DNA from: an uncultured Clostridia bacterium
GTDB taxonomy: Bacteria; Bacillota; Clostridia; Christensenellales; UBA1242
Direction: 5' to 3'
NCBI GenBank assembly: GCA_947062475.1
Contig: CAMSQA010000007.1
Span: forward strand, 531 to 64,530
DNA length: 64,000 nucleotides
The notes under the pieces: generated by a model
What the model was told of the DNA's origin: nothing
What the model saw: only the letters and a program-made list of their open reading frames with translations
Databases searched by the model: none
Shown: positions 26,901 to 36,209 of the stretch, piece after piece
Numbering within the stretch: the first letter of the stretch is position 1
How the letters are laid out: every line of letters begins with the position of its first letter
Position numbers and translations under genes: made by a program

Positions 26901-28996
26901 TATTTTGTTTCTATTTCATCTGCAATAGCCATTCTTTGGATAAACTCATTTAAATAATCACTATTATTTTCTCCAAACATATCTTTTGCACATCCATCTT
27001 TTTTACTTTGAGGGATGTCATTGAAGAATGTTGTAAAGAAGTTGTTTATCTTTTCATTTCTTGCATTAGTCATGGTTTCTTGCTGAATTTGTTGCAACAT
27101 AGGAAGCATTTGATGTCTGATTTCATAACCATCAATGCTCATAAGTCTATCAAATCTAGAAATAGAATTTTCGTCACCTAAATCTTGAGAGAAGCCAAGT
27201 CCATAATTGTCAAAAATATTGTCAAAACTATTTGCGTTGTCAGAAGACAGAGTGATAAAATTGCTAAGTTCATTTTCCCTTGAAAGCATGTTTTCGTTTG
27301 CATTATCAATTTCTTTTTCAGTTGCTAAGAAGTTTTCAGCAAATTTACTATCTTCATCTTCCTGTGCCTCAAGCTCTGAAACCCTTTTGTAAGCAATATC
27401 AAAAGATTTTATTTCAAACTTATCTTTAAAAGCTATTATGTTTGTTCCTACAAGTGCAATTCCCATTCCGACAAAGGCAAGTATAGCACCAACACCAGTT
27501 ATCAGAGCCCCAATGCCAATAAAGAATCCTAAAACTGCAATCGCCATTCCAAAGTTCTCAGCAGTTTTTTTAAAGTCGTAGGATTTTGTGGATTTGGTTA
27601 ATGTTTCTTTTTTAGAATCTTCATCATCTTCTTTTTCTTCATTATCTGGATTTTCTGGGTCGTTTGACAGTTTTGGATCTTCTGTTCCGTTTCCATTATC
27701 AACATTACCATTGTCAATGTCAGGATTATTGGGTGCAATAATATTATTATTTCCATCATCAGGATTATTGGGTGAAACAAAATTATTATTTCCATTATCA
27801 TAGTTTGGGTCGCCATTATCTGAGTCGTCATCAATTACCATATTGTAATTGTCGGGATTGAGTTTATAAGCATAATCTGCATAATCTCTGTCATCTTTTT
27901 TATCAAATACAAAACCACCAATGATAATATCTGTTGCATTTGCTTCTGATGATGCTTTGTTTTGATAGCCAGTGATATTAGATAAAAGCTCTATTGCTTT
28001 AAGAGACTCATCAATAAAGTTTCCGTTTTCATCTAGTTGCAAATCAAAAGCATAAGTTCTTCTGTTTGGTGTGTTTGCTCCAGCTTTTTGAGGCACTACT
28101 TGTATCACAATTCTTGGAATTACAACACCATTGACAGTTTCATATTGAAGATACATACTTTCAAGCTTTTCATATTTGCCGTTGATTAAGAAATAATTGT
28201 CTTTTTTAGAACTATCTTTTGAATTTGTTTTTGAAATAAAGCTGTAAGGATATTTTGCTTCGGCATCGTTTTTGTTTCTTTTGATAGGACCAATAGTGAT
28301 AAAAGTATAATCTCCGACATCCTTTGAATTGTTCCCACGAAAAGTTCTTGCATAAAGTGCAAGATTTTTCAATGGGAAATCATTTAATTCTTTTGGAGCA
28401 GGGTGACTTTTGCCTGAAGAATTGTTTAAAGTTTGAAAGATTGTATTGTTTTTATCAAAGAATGCGTCCACAGCATCAGTATTCATTGAAGCATCAATAC
28501 CAATACCATTTTGATAATCAGAAGTAAATGAGAATTCATCACCATTTTCATTTGTGATTTTTACAGATGTTGCATCAGTGCTGATAGTATAGGTTTTTCC
28601 ATTTGACGCAGTGATTTTAAAACATGTTGCCCCATGCTCTTTTGATATAGTTATGCCACCTTGATCAGGAGTAATTTCAAGAGCACCTTCAATTCCAAGT
28701 TCATCAGCAAGAGATTTTACATCAGATGTTGTGAAAAGAGAAAGGTTTGGGAAATTTAAGGTATAAACTTCTTCTCCTTCTTTTTTATCAATTGTGAGAA
28801 GGTCTCTTTTTTTAAGTGAACCACGTTCATCCATTGTCTTATCAGCAAATTTAAAGAAGTGAGAAGATGAAGGATCTATAGCAAGCGTTTGGTCAACAAT
28901 AATATTATTTCCATCTTTATCGGTAAGAGGTATATTATTTTTGTCTACCAGAGTAATTTTATTACTTAAAGACTCCATTTCGTTTTTAGTTGCCAT
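23990..28996 (-). CDS. giant (1,668 aa) membrane-hairpin protein: ~480-aa N-terminal domain, Asn/Asp-rich linker, two TM helices, ~1,150-aa helical C-terminal region
   Basis: Uninterrupted ORF with no N-terminal signal peptide. Central hydrophobic segment FGMAIAVLGFFIGIGALITGVGAILAFVGMGIALVGTNIIAF. 2 x 39-nt tandem repeat at 27721-27798 (GNNNFVSPNNPDD / GNNNIIAPNNPDI). No enzymatic motif recognised. Confidence 0.7.
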   Translation of the reverse strand: MATKNEMESLSNKITLVDKNNIPLTDKDGNNIIVDQTLAIDPSSSHFFKFADKTMDERGSLKKRDLLTIDKKEGEEVYTLNFPNLSLFTTSDVKSLADELGIEGALEITPDQGGITISKEHGATCFKITASNGKTYTISTDATSVKITNENGDEFSFTSDYQNGIGIDASMNTDAVDAFFDKNNTIFQTLNNSSGKSHPAPKELNDFPLKNLALYARTFRGNNSKDVGDYTFITIGPIKRNKNDAEAKYPYSFISKTNSKDSSKKDNYFLINGKYEKLESMYLQYETVNGVVIPRIVIQVVPQKAGANTPNRRTYAFDLQLDENGNFIDESLKAIELLSNITGYQNKASSEANATDIIIGGFVFDKKDDRDYADYAYKLNPDNYNMVIDDDSDNGDPNYDNGNNNFVSPNNPDDGNNNIIAPNNPDIDNGNVDNGNGTEDPKLSNDPENPDNEEKEDDEDSKKETLTKSTKSYDFKKTAENFGMAIAVLGFFIGIGALITGVGAILAFVGMGIALVGTNIIAFKDKFEIKSFDIAYKRVSELEAQEDEDSKFAENFLATEKEIDNANENMLSRENELSNFITLSSDNANSFDNIFDNYGLGFSQDLGDENSISRFDRLMSIDGYEIRHQMLPMLQQIQQETMTNARNEKINNFFTTFFNDIPQSKKDGCAKDMFGENNSDYLNEFIQRMAIADEIETKYKALTNKQEERIAVSSDRQLSKIMNSQKVNSTIRENIFKRYEHSFVRRLSTDKNMNETKLDLIFKDVPNEEKADIFDKLINANENINSAFEKIENIAKENRESIANLQQASKYAKAMNDLLQDTQHTKFTTYNQASNSVKSLILNKTIYSIIDKINKDNLNIDINNASQNYVLNELFDKSYTEDCQNLINQIFNDFGDVINAPLDSKVPSGLIMPELKGKALNLKQGTIEDLISLFYNQKNNSMSEKAEELSDAYQQIHNKIYANIDAKTEVLCTKIIQDIANTFSSKLDSFKLDSETVKNKMMELQTNFNIDERISEKTLKNIARTILLADKAVEIDNLPSSTIASSQQVEQSKIRQENYKSTTTLLENVLNGNFFDFCFEKALVDACCNYSKDKLNIDVDKNDLSINSLQEQADLARQSIKGYHNTINLIDDLNLSTEHEDGQNSERQEMIEKIKSLLNNEDISKVISQSLKNKKITNKYGSITFDDIYKSGITDAGYDIKKVEKFINNQIEKYNHHSQIESHCYDTILGKKAVTKELKRQKSKHNKNKQVESKYDNVYDMILDLSKKKEDELENLILNNPKITPQKIAKEFGINKKQFKTALKEISNIDNSIDTQKELWLKRKDFKEYQEIADDFKLAWEMALKQENYQNLKALIAQSKVKKTKSSKKSIKQANIINDLASTLGLNLKKLESLLNSDDKKGIKQTINKLDKNGAIDKQIEASLTDKQNEISNIEIKKDILSDSDKQLLDQLNQLDEFNKDVEVYQKKISFFNSLAEKGVSENVIDNAIEAFAKGNTKFFEQQNVSIEVDGKTNVLPLLKLCEDEGILFEETDPILLKRLKISAKDLADSKNKKKRDMLRKINQNIQNRQQEQKEDLSKAHKKALESKKKTPFEEHKPKERNSMFKKLANLFNKAKNKSNNNEKDWLKSNSIKNEHEQYTGIVKDKEKDKSNVTEKENNQPELDEKEL

Positions 28997-29235
28997 TAAA
29001 TTCTCCTTATTATATTAATTTAATTATATTATAAAACTTTATATAGTAAAAGTCAAGTTTTCGACAAGGTTTAGGCTTAAATATTTAAAAAGTGGAAATA
29101 AAACTTAAAGAAAGATATTTTTTGACAAAGTTTTAAAAAAATCTACTTTGAAAATTCTGTTTAATAGCAAATTTACTTTGACATTTTGCGATTTTTTGTT
29201 AAAATGAACTATTGAAAGTAATTAAAGGAGAAGAA

Positions 29236-31962
29236 ATGGGACTTTTTGGAAATGAGAATAATTCACAGGTGAGAAAACTTAAAAAAATTGCTGATAAGGT
29301 TATCCTTCTTGAAGATAAATTTAAAGAATATTCAAATGAGCAACTAAAGGCTTGCACAGATGAATTTCGTGATAGATACAAAGCAGGGGCGTCGTTAAAC
29401 GACTTGCTTCCTGAGGCTTTTGCAGTAATAAGAGAAGCTTCTTCTAGAGTTTTGAATATGCGTCACTTTTATTCACAAATTATTGGTGGAATTGCAATTC
29501 ATCAAGGTAGAATTGCTGAAATGGCAACAGGTGAAGGTAAAACTTTGGTGGCGACACTGCCTGTGTATCTTAATGCTATCACAGGCAAAGGTGTCCATGT
29601 AGTCACAGTCAATGATTATCTTGCAAAGCGTGACGCCGAATGGATGGGAAAGGTATATAAATTTTTGGGTCTTAGTGTTGGCATTTCAATTTCAGGTCAA
29701 AATGACAAGCAAAAGAGAGATGCATATAGGTGCGATATTACCTATGCCACAAACAATGAACTTGGCTTTGATTATCTTCGTGATAATATGGCAGCGAATA
29801 AAAATTCAAGAGTGCTGAGAGGACTTAATTTTGCCGTTGTCGATGAAGTTGATAGTATCTTAATTGATGAAGCAAGAACACCACTTATTATCAGTGGAAT
29901 GAGTGGAAAATCTTCAGATGGATATATTCAGGCACAAAAATTTGTAAAAACGCTTAAAAAAGATGCTGACGTCGAAATAGATGTAAAAACAAAACAAATA
30001 AATATGACCGAAAGTGGAATTAGCAAAGCAGAAGCATTTTTTAAGATTGAAAATCTTTCAGATATTGAGAATTTGGAACTGAATCATTATATCAATAATG
30101 CGTTGAAGGCAAACTTTATCATGCATCGTGATGCAAATTATGTTGTCAAAGATGGTGAGGTAATTATAGTTGATGAATTTACTGGTCGTCTTTCTATTGG
30201 CAGACGTTTCAGTTCTGGTCTGCATCAAGCAATTGAAGCAAAAGAAGGGGTTGATATAAGAGATGAAAATCAAACCTTTGCAACGATCACTTTCCAAAAT
30301 TTCTTCAGACTTTACAGCAAGCTTTCTGGTATGACAGGAACTGCCAAAACGGAAGAAGGTGAGTTTAGGACTATTTACAATCTTGACGTTGTTGTCATTC
30401 CGCCAAACAAGCCAAAGCAGAGAATTGATTATCCAGATATCATGTATGCTTCTGAAAAAGGCAAAATAAAAGCAATAATTGAAGAAATCAAAGATTGCGA
30501 AAAGAAGGGGCAACCTGTCCTTGTGGGCACAATAAATATTGATAAATCAGAACTAATTTCACAAGCACTAAAATCAGCAGGTATAAAACACCAAGTATTG
30601 AATGCAAAAAACAATGAAAAAGAAAGTGAAATCGTCGCCCAAGCGGGAAGAAAGGGTGCGGTGACTATAGCAACCAACATGGCAGGTCGTGGAACTGATA
30701 TTTTGCTTGGCGGAAATCCTGAGTTTATGGCGACAAAAGAAATGCATAACAAAGGATTTAGCGAAGAAGAAATCCTCTATGCAACTGCTTTCAATTATGT
30801 GGAAGATGAAAAATTAAACAATGCAAGAGACACCTATCGCGGGCTTTATGAAAAATATAAAAAAATCACCGATAATGAGAAGGAAGAAGTAAAAAAACTT
30901 GGTGGACTTCACATTGTAGGCACAGAACGTCATGAATCAAGACGTATTGACAATCAGCTTCGTGGACGTGCAGGACGTCAAGGTGATCCTGGTTCAAGTG
31001 TGTTTTTCCTTTCGCCAGAAGATGATCTATTTATACGTTTTGCTGATGATAGATTTAAAAGAATTTTTCAGTTCTTCAAGGTTGATGAAAATATGCCTTT
31101 CCAAGTGAAAATGCTTGCAAAACATGTTGAAAGAGCTCAAAGAAAGATAGAACTTCAAAATTTTGGAATTAGAAAATCAGTTCTTCAATTTGACGATGTT
31201 ATGAACAAACAAAGAGAAATCATCTACAATGAAAGAAACAAAGTGCTTGATGGCGAACCAGTCCATGATCAAATTATGAACATGTTTCCAGAAGTTGTTG
31301 CAAAGAGTGTTTACAAAGTCATCAGCGATGATAAACCATATTATGAATGGGATTTGGAAGCACTTAAAAAAGAGCTTGAAAAAGGTCTAATTGAAAAAGA
31401 CAGAAATCTTATCACAGAGGAATTTGTTGAAGAATGCGACGTAGATGATATTGTCGAAAAGATTATTAAAGATATTGAGAGAAGATATAAAAAGCGTCAG
31501 CAAGACTTGGCACAAATTGGTGTAGATTTTGAAGATATCGAAAGAAATGTTCTTCTTAGAATGGTAGATATTAATTGGATGAGCCAAATTGAAGATATGC
31601 AGATTATGAAAGATGAAATAATTGCCCGTCAATATGGTCAACAAGATCCAGTGCTTGCCTATAAGAAAGAAGGCTTTGATATGTTTGATAAGATGGTTGA
31701 AAAAATCAGAGAAAACACCTGCAAAATTCTTCTCAATGCTCAAATTCAACAAGCACCAGAAGAACCAAAACCACAACCAGTTAAGATTACTTTCACAGGC
31801 AAAGAGCTTACTCCAGAAGAAAGAGCTGCAAAAAAGGCAAAGGAAAAACTCAAAATTCAAAAGACTGTCTACAATGATAAACCAAAGGTTGGAAGAAATG
31901 ACCCTTGCCCTTGTGGAAGTGGAATGAAATATAAAAATTGCTGTGGAAGAGCTATAAATTAA
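29236..31962 (+). CDS. secA: preprotein translocase ATPase SecA
   Basis: ATG 29236 has AAAGGAG upstream. Motifs MATGEGKTLVATLP, DEVDSILIDEARTPLIISG, TNMAGRGTDI, and the C-terminal zinc motif CPCGSGMKYKNCCG. Confidence 0.97.
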   Translation: MGLFGNENNSQVRKLKKIADKVILLEDKFKEYSNEQLKACTDEFRDRYKAGASLNDLLPEAFAVIREASSRVLNMRHFYSQIIGGIAIHQGRIAEMATGEGKTLVATLPVYLNAITGKGVHVVTVNDYLAKRDAEWMGKVYKFLGLSVGISISGQNDKQKRDAYRCDITYATNNELGFDYLRDNMAANKNSRVLRGLNFAVVDEVDSILIDEARTPLIISGMSGKSSDGYIQAQKFVKTLKKDADVEIDVKTKQINMTESGISKAEAFFKIENLSDIENLELNHYINNALKANFIMHRDANYVVKDGEVIIVDEFTGRLSIGRRFSSGLHQAIEAKEGVDIRDENQTFATITFQNFFRLYSKLSGMTGTAKTEEGEFRTIYNLDVVVIPPNKPKQRIDYPDIMYASEKGKIKAIIEEIKDCEKKGQPVLVGTINIDKSELISQALKSAGIKHQVLNAKNNEKESEIVAQAGRKGAVTIATNMAGRGTDILLGGNPEFMATKEMHNKGFSEEEILYATAFNYVEDEKLNNARDTYRGLYEKYKKITDNEKEEVKKLGGLHIVGTERHESRRIDNQLRGRAGRQGDPGSSVFFLSPEDDLFIRFADDRFKRIFQFFKVDENMPFQVKMLAKHVERAQRKIELQNFGIRKSVLQFDDVMNKQREIIYNERNKVLDGEPVHDQIMNMFPEVVAKSVYKVISDDKPYYEWDLEALKKELEKGLIEKDRNLITEEFVEECDVDDIVEKIIKDIERRYKKRQQDLAQIGVDFEDIERNVLLRMVDINWMSQIEDMQIMKDEIIARQYGQQDPVLAYKKEGFDMFDKMVEKIRENTCKILLNAQIQQAPEEPKPQPVKITFTGKELTPEERAAKKAKEKLKIQKTVYNDKPKVGRNDPCPCGSGMKYKNCCGRAIN

Positions 31963-32140
31963 TCAAAATTGTGGAAATTTTGATTAAATTTTGTGATATT
32001 TTTGTCATTTTGATTAAATTATCGATTATTTTTATAAATGTCCATCATAATTGGTGGGCTTTTTATATTGCAAGTGAAATTGAATTTTGTTCTTTACTTT
32101 TATGCTTTTTTATGCTAAAATATTTGAAAGGAGTTTTTAA

Positions 32141-34947
32141 ATGCCAACTGCTAAGAAAGATTGGACAAAAATTATCAAGCCTGTAAAAAACACATTTGAA
32201 ATAATTGATGAGAATGGAAAGAATAAAACTTATCAAACAACCGATTTTATTAGCATTCCTTTTATTTATTTTGGGCAAAAAACAGAGGACAGAATAAAGC
32301 GAAGAAAATCTTTGACAGATTTTGCATTATTAAACAACGCAAAAGGATTGGATAGTTTAATTCGAACAGAGCGAAATAAAGATACAGGTTATTATTGGGC
32401 AATGAGGCCTGAAAATATGACATTAATCGTTATGAATATAATGCTCAAATAATTTATCCTTGTGGTGAAATAGTATCCCAAAACGATATTGCCATTTGTG
32501 CAAAAATGACCCTTCCTTTACCATCTAAAATGTCAATTTCTGCCATTTCAGAAGAGATTGGCAAGATAAAAAATGTAAAAAATAAAAATAATGAAATTTT
32601 ATATTATACCATTGAAATTGGCGAGTATCCCAAAAATACAGTTTCAAGCAATTTAGAGGAAAAACTTGAAGAGTTGTATAATGATGGAAATTTAAAAAGG
32701 GCTTAACATGCACAGGCAGATTGTGGACAACCAATGGGAAAGAATTTGAAAATAAAAATTTTTTATCTAAACAAAGTCCTGAATTTGAATATAATGGTAA
32801 AAAATATGTCCGTTCAATTGCTATGAACTCAGGTTTTGGAGATCTCTGGTTTCATGATTTAAAAAAAGTTCCTTATGTTGGTAATTATAAATGGATTAAA
32901 GTTGAACCTGTGACTTTTAAGATTGAAAATGAAGAAGAACTTTTAAGTGGCAACGCTGCAGAGCTAAAACTGGAAACTGAAGAGGCGATTATATCTGGAA
33001 TACCTTTTTATCCAGTGAATGAAGATATGTCTTGTTGGCAAAATTCTCTTATAAGGGCATTTTTAAACAGCGCAAATTCAAACGAATTAGATGGGGAAGA
33101 AGACCTTAAAACTAATCTAACTTGGGATTTTAGAAAAAGTGGTTTTTTTTTACCAAGCATTTGATATGACAAGAGGTGCTACTAAAATTTACACTATACC
33201 TGAGGGTGAAAAGAAAATCGCCGATCATGCTTTCTGTGGTTGTGTTGGTCTCGAAAAAATTATAATTCCGTCTCACGTTCAAGATCTAGGTTATAATGTA
33301 TTCGATGGTTGCGTCAATACGCAAATTTTGTTTAAATCTACAACCAACATGTTCTTTTATGGAGATAATTCATTTAAAGGAACAAACTTCAAATATATCT
33401 ATCTTTCAAAGGATGGTGAAGATATTCTTCTTTCACCTTATAAAGATGAATCATTAAAAGATGACTATATTTGCAGTGATTTTAATATGGACAAATTAGT
33501 CAAGTATTTTTCTTGTAAGGGAAATTATAGAAAAAATTTTGTTCAGACGTATTTATGGAAAAAGGAAGGAAAAATTAAATTCATTCCTCCAGATTTTACT
33601 TTGCAAGTTTTTCCTGCCTCTCAATTGAAAAATTACTTTATAAACAATAATAATAAACGTTGGGCTATGCTTGTAAAAGAATTTGGATCTGACACCTTGA
33701 CAGAATATGAAAAAAACAATTCATTTTCTGAGCTTATGAAAATTTATTATGCTCTTGGTGGCTTTTCAGAAAACACGGCAGAACGAGAAAAAGCTTATGA
33801 TTATGTTTTAAATTATGTTCCTTATAAAAGAAGTGCTGATAATACGCCATTTATAGTTTGCGATGATATTCATTCTAAATTTTCAAAAATTGAATTAAAA
33901 GGTGCTTACAATCCCACATTTTCAAAATTTTTCATGAAATATTATCATAAAAATCCAATGTTTATGTATTTTTCTGTAAATGAAAGTGCCTATTATAAAA
34001 GGGATTATATTTGTGAAGCTCATAACAGTTTTGATAGAATTTTAAAGAGTTTTCCAAATAGAGTGGTTTATGGCAATGAAGAAAGGGCATTATTGTCCCC
34101 AGAATTTGTTGCCGAACATTGCTTGATGGTTGAGTATAACAGTGTCGATAAAGGAAATGAAACTCTTGCGGAAATTGTTGGCAGGTATGGTTATAGTCAA
34201 GATCAGTTTAATCAGATTCAATATGTTTACAATGAGGCGAAGAGAATAAAAAGCAATTATGTCATTTGTGCGGATAAGGCTATAGAGAAAAATGGCATCT
34301 CTTTTAGGATTCTTGAAAAGGATGATCCACTCGGATTTGTGCTTGGAGATATCACCAATTGCTGCCAGCATATTGGTGGAGTTGCTGAAAAATGTGTTTT
34401 TGATGGATATAAAAATAAAAATGCAGGATTTTTGGTGTTTGAAGAGAGTTATTATGATGAAAACGGCGACCCAGCAAAGGAAAAACGAATTTTAGGTCAG
34501 GCATATATTTGGTATGATCCAGAGACAAAGACAGTCTGCTATGATAATATAGAAATCCCAACCGCAGTTTTAAAAGATCTTAAAAAGGGTGAAAAACACA
34601 ATGATAAATTTTCTACAAATTCATTTTTGGATGCCATTGTTGATTCTGCCGATGCAATTATGAAAGCAATGAACAATCGTGGAGTGAAAGTTGAAAGAGT
34701 CACTACAGGTAAAGGTTATAATGATTTGGCTGAACAGTTGCAAAAAAGGTTTGGAAGACCAGAAGAAAATCCGAAAGCTAGACATAGGGGATATTATGGA
34801 TATACTGATGCAGACAAGGCTCAATTCGTCATTCGCACTTATGATGAAGTGACAAAAAATTATTCTGATACAATTCGTGAAACAGCAAAAATAATCAGAG
34901 AAGATTTGAATGAGTTGGATGCAAGTCAAAATGACTTTGAAATGTAG
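32141..34947 (+). pseudogene. ~935-codon LRR_5 (BspA-type)-containing protein gene split by three frameshifts
   Basis: Four consecutive ORFs (32141-32452, 32506-32706, 32721-33164, 33139-34947) read through as one protein if single-nt shifts are allowed near A4 (32412-32415), A5 (32694-32698) and T9 (33143-33151). Junctions: YYWAMRPE|KYDINRYEYNAQIIYPCGEIV, NDGNLK|GLTCTGRLWTTNG, WDFRKSGFF|YQAFDMTRGATKIYTIPEGEKKIADHAFCGC. Confidence 0.65.
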
Positions 34948-34956
34948 AGGTGAGCG

Positions 34957-35199
34957 ATGGTAGAAATTGATGAAATAATAAAACTTGCAAACCTAAGTTT
35001 GAATGATAAATTAAATCAACTTGAAGTTTTAGAAGAAGAGAAAATACAGATACTATTAAGATATCAAAAGTCAAGCCTTCAAGAAAGGAAATTGATTGAA
35101 AAAGAGATGAAAGAGAGTGAAGAAAGGTTTAAAAAACTTTCTGAAGAAGTTTCTGCTCTTTCAGAAAAGGTGAAAAAACTTAAAAATTTAAAACAATAA
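34957..35199 (+). CDS. small coiled-coil protein
   Basis: GAGGTGA SD 3 nt before the ATG. 80 aa, Glu/Lys/Leu-rich heptad-like sequence. Confidence 0.5.
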   Translation: MVEIDEIIKLANLSLNDKLNQLEVLEEEKIQILLRYQKSSLQERKLIEKEMKESEERFKKLSEEVSALSEKVKKLKNLKQ

Positions 35200-35228
35200 A
35201 AAAGTCCACCATATTGGGTGGATTTTTT
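35198..35228. terminator. bidirectional terminator
   Basis: AAAAAAGTCCACC-ATATTG-GGTGGATTTTTT lies between convergent genes. Confidence 0.75.
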
Positions 35229-35236
35229 AAAGCTCA

Positions 35237-36031
35237 TTAATATTGAATTTCATCAACATTGTTTTCATTAAAAAATTTTGTAGCTGAATCTATTCCGTTT
35301 CGATCTATCTGTTTGTTTAAGCAGGTTTTCATATCATCATAAACAGAATCTATCCAGTCTCCTTGTTTTTTCCATTCTTCAAAATTGTCATTGATAGTTT
35401 TTTGCATCATATTATAAATTTTTGCTTTATATTTTCTATTCTCTTCAGTGTTTGGCATTTGCATGAGTTTATGTTGGACAGTTTGCATAGCATAATCCAA
35501 TACTGTTTCTCTTGGGTTTCCGTCTGACACAAAATTTCCATTAAAAAAATATCTAGGTGGAATATCTGCAAATTTCTCAGGATTTTCATGAATTTCCATA
35601 ATTAATTTCATCTCTTCTGTATATAATCCGTGCCACATTATTGCATCTTTCAATCTTTCTGAAGCATAATTGCTTGCATCAAAATTTTGTGACATTGCTA
35701 CATAAACAGCTTCAATGTCATCATTGAAATTTTCAACATATCTTAATGCCAAACCATCTTTTTCTAAAGCTTTTAAAATAATTTTTTTATCATTTTTAAG
35801 CCTGTCTGATACATCTTCAATTGCGTTTGGGTTTTGTTGTATTGCAGCTTCTGCAATAATTTCATTATCTCGCAATCTATCAGAAAGGCATGAAATTGCA
35901 CAACCATCACGCTTTACGGCTTCAAGTCCTAAATCAAAATCATCTTGTAATTTTTTTGTCCCATACATAATGTTTAAGCCATTATTAGATTTTTTTAAGT
36001 ATTTCATCATAGATCTTTTAGTATAAATCAT
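35237..36031 (-). CDS. DUF4116 repeat protein
   Basis: Repeated ..LKNDKKIILKALEKDGLALRYV.. / ..LRDNEIIAEAAIQQNPNAIEDV.. units typical of DUF4116. AGGAG 6 nt before ATG 36031. 264 aa. Confidence 0.65.
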   Translation of the reverse strand: MIYTKRSMMKYLKKSNNGLNIMYGTKKLQDDFDLGLEAVKRDGCAISCLSDRLRDNEIIAEAAIQQNPNAIEDVSDRLKNDKKIILKALEKDGLALRYVENFNDDIEAVYVAMSQNFDASNYASERLKDAIMWHGLYTEEMKLIMEIHENPEKFADIPPRYFFNGNFVSDGNPRETVLDYAMQTVQHKLMQMPNTEENRKYKAKIYNMMQKTINDNFEEWKKQGDWIDSVYDDMKTCLNKQIDRNGIDSATKFFNENNVDEIQY

Positions 36032-36073
36032 ATCATTCTCCTAACATTTAAGATTAATAATCTATATATTTTT

Positions 36074-36102
36074 ATTATAGTCGGGAGGGGGGATTTTGTC
36101 AA
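36074..36102 (-). promoter_or_regulatory. consensus promoter with a C6 tract in the 17-nt spacer
   Basis: Minus strand reads TTGACA (36102-36097), AAATCCCCCCTCCCGAC, TATAAT (36079-36074). It drives the DUF4116 gene. Confidence 0.7.
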
Positions 36103-36209
36103 GTATTGTTTTTAAATGGCATTTTATCATTTTGTAAAAACCATATTTTATGATACAATAAAAAACATTATGGATGATAGAAGCATATATTGAATAGGTG
36201 AGGTGAATT

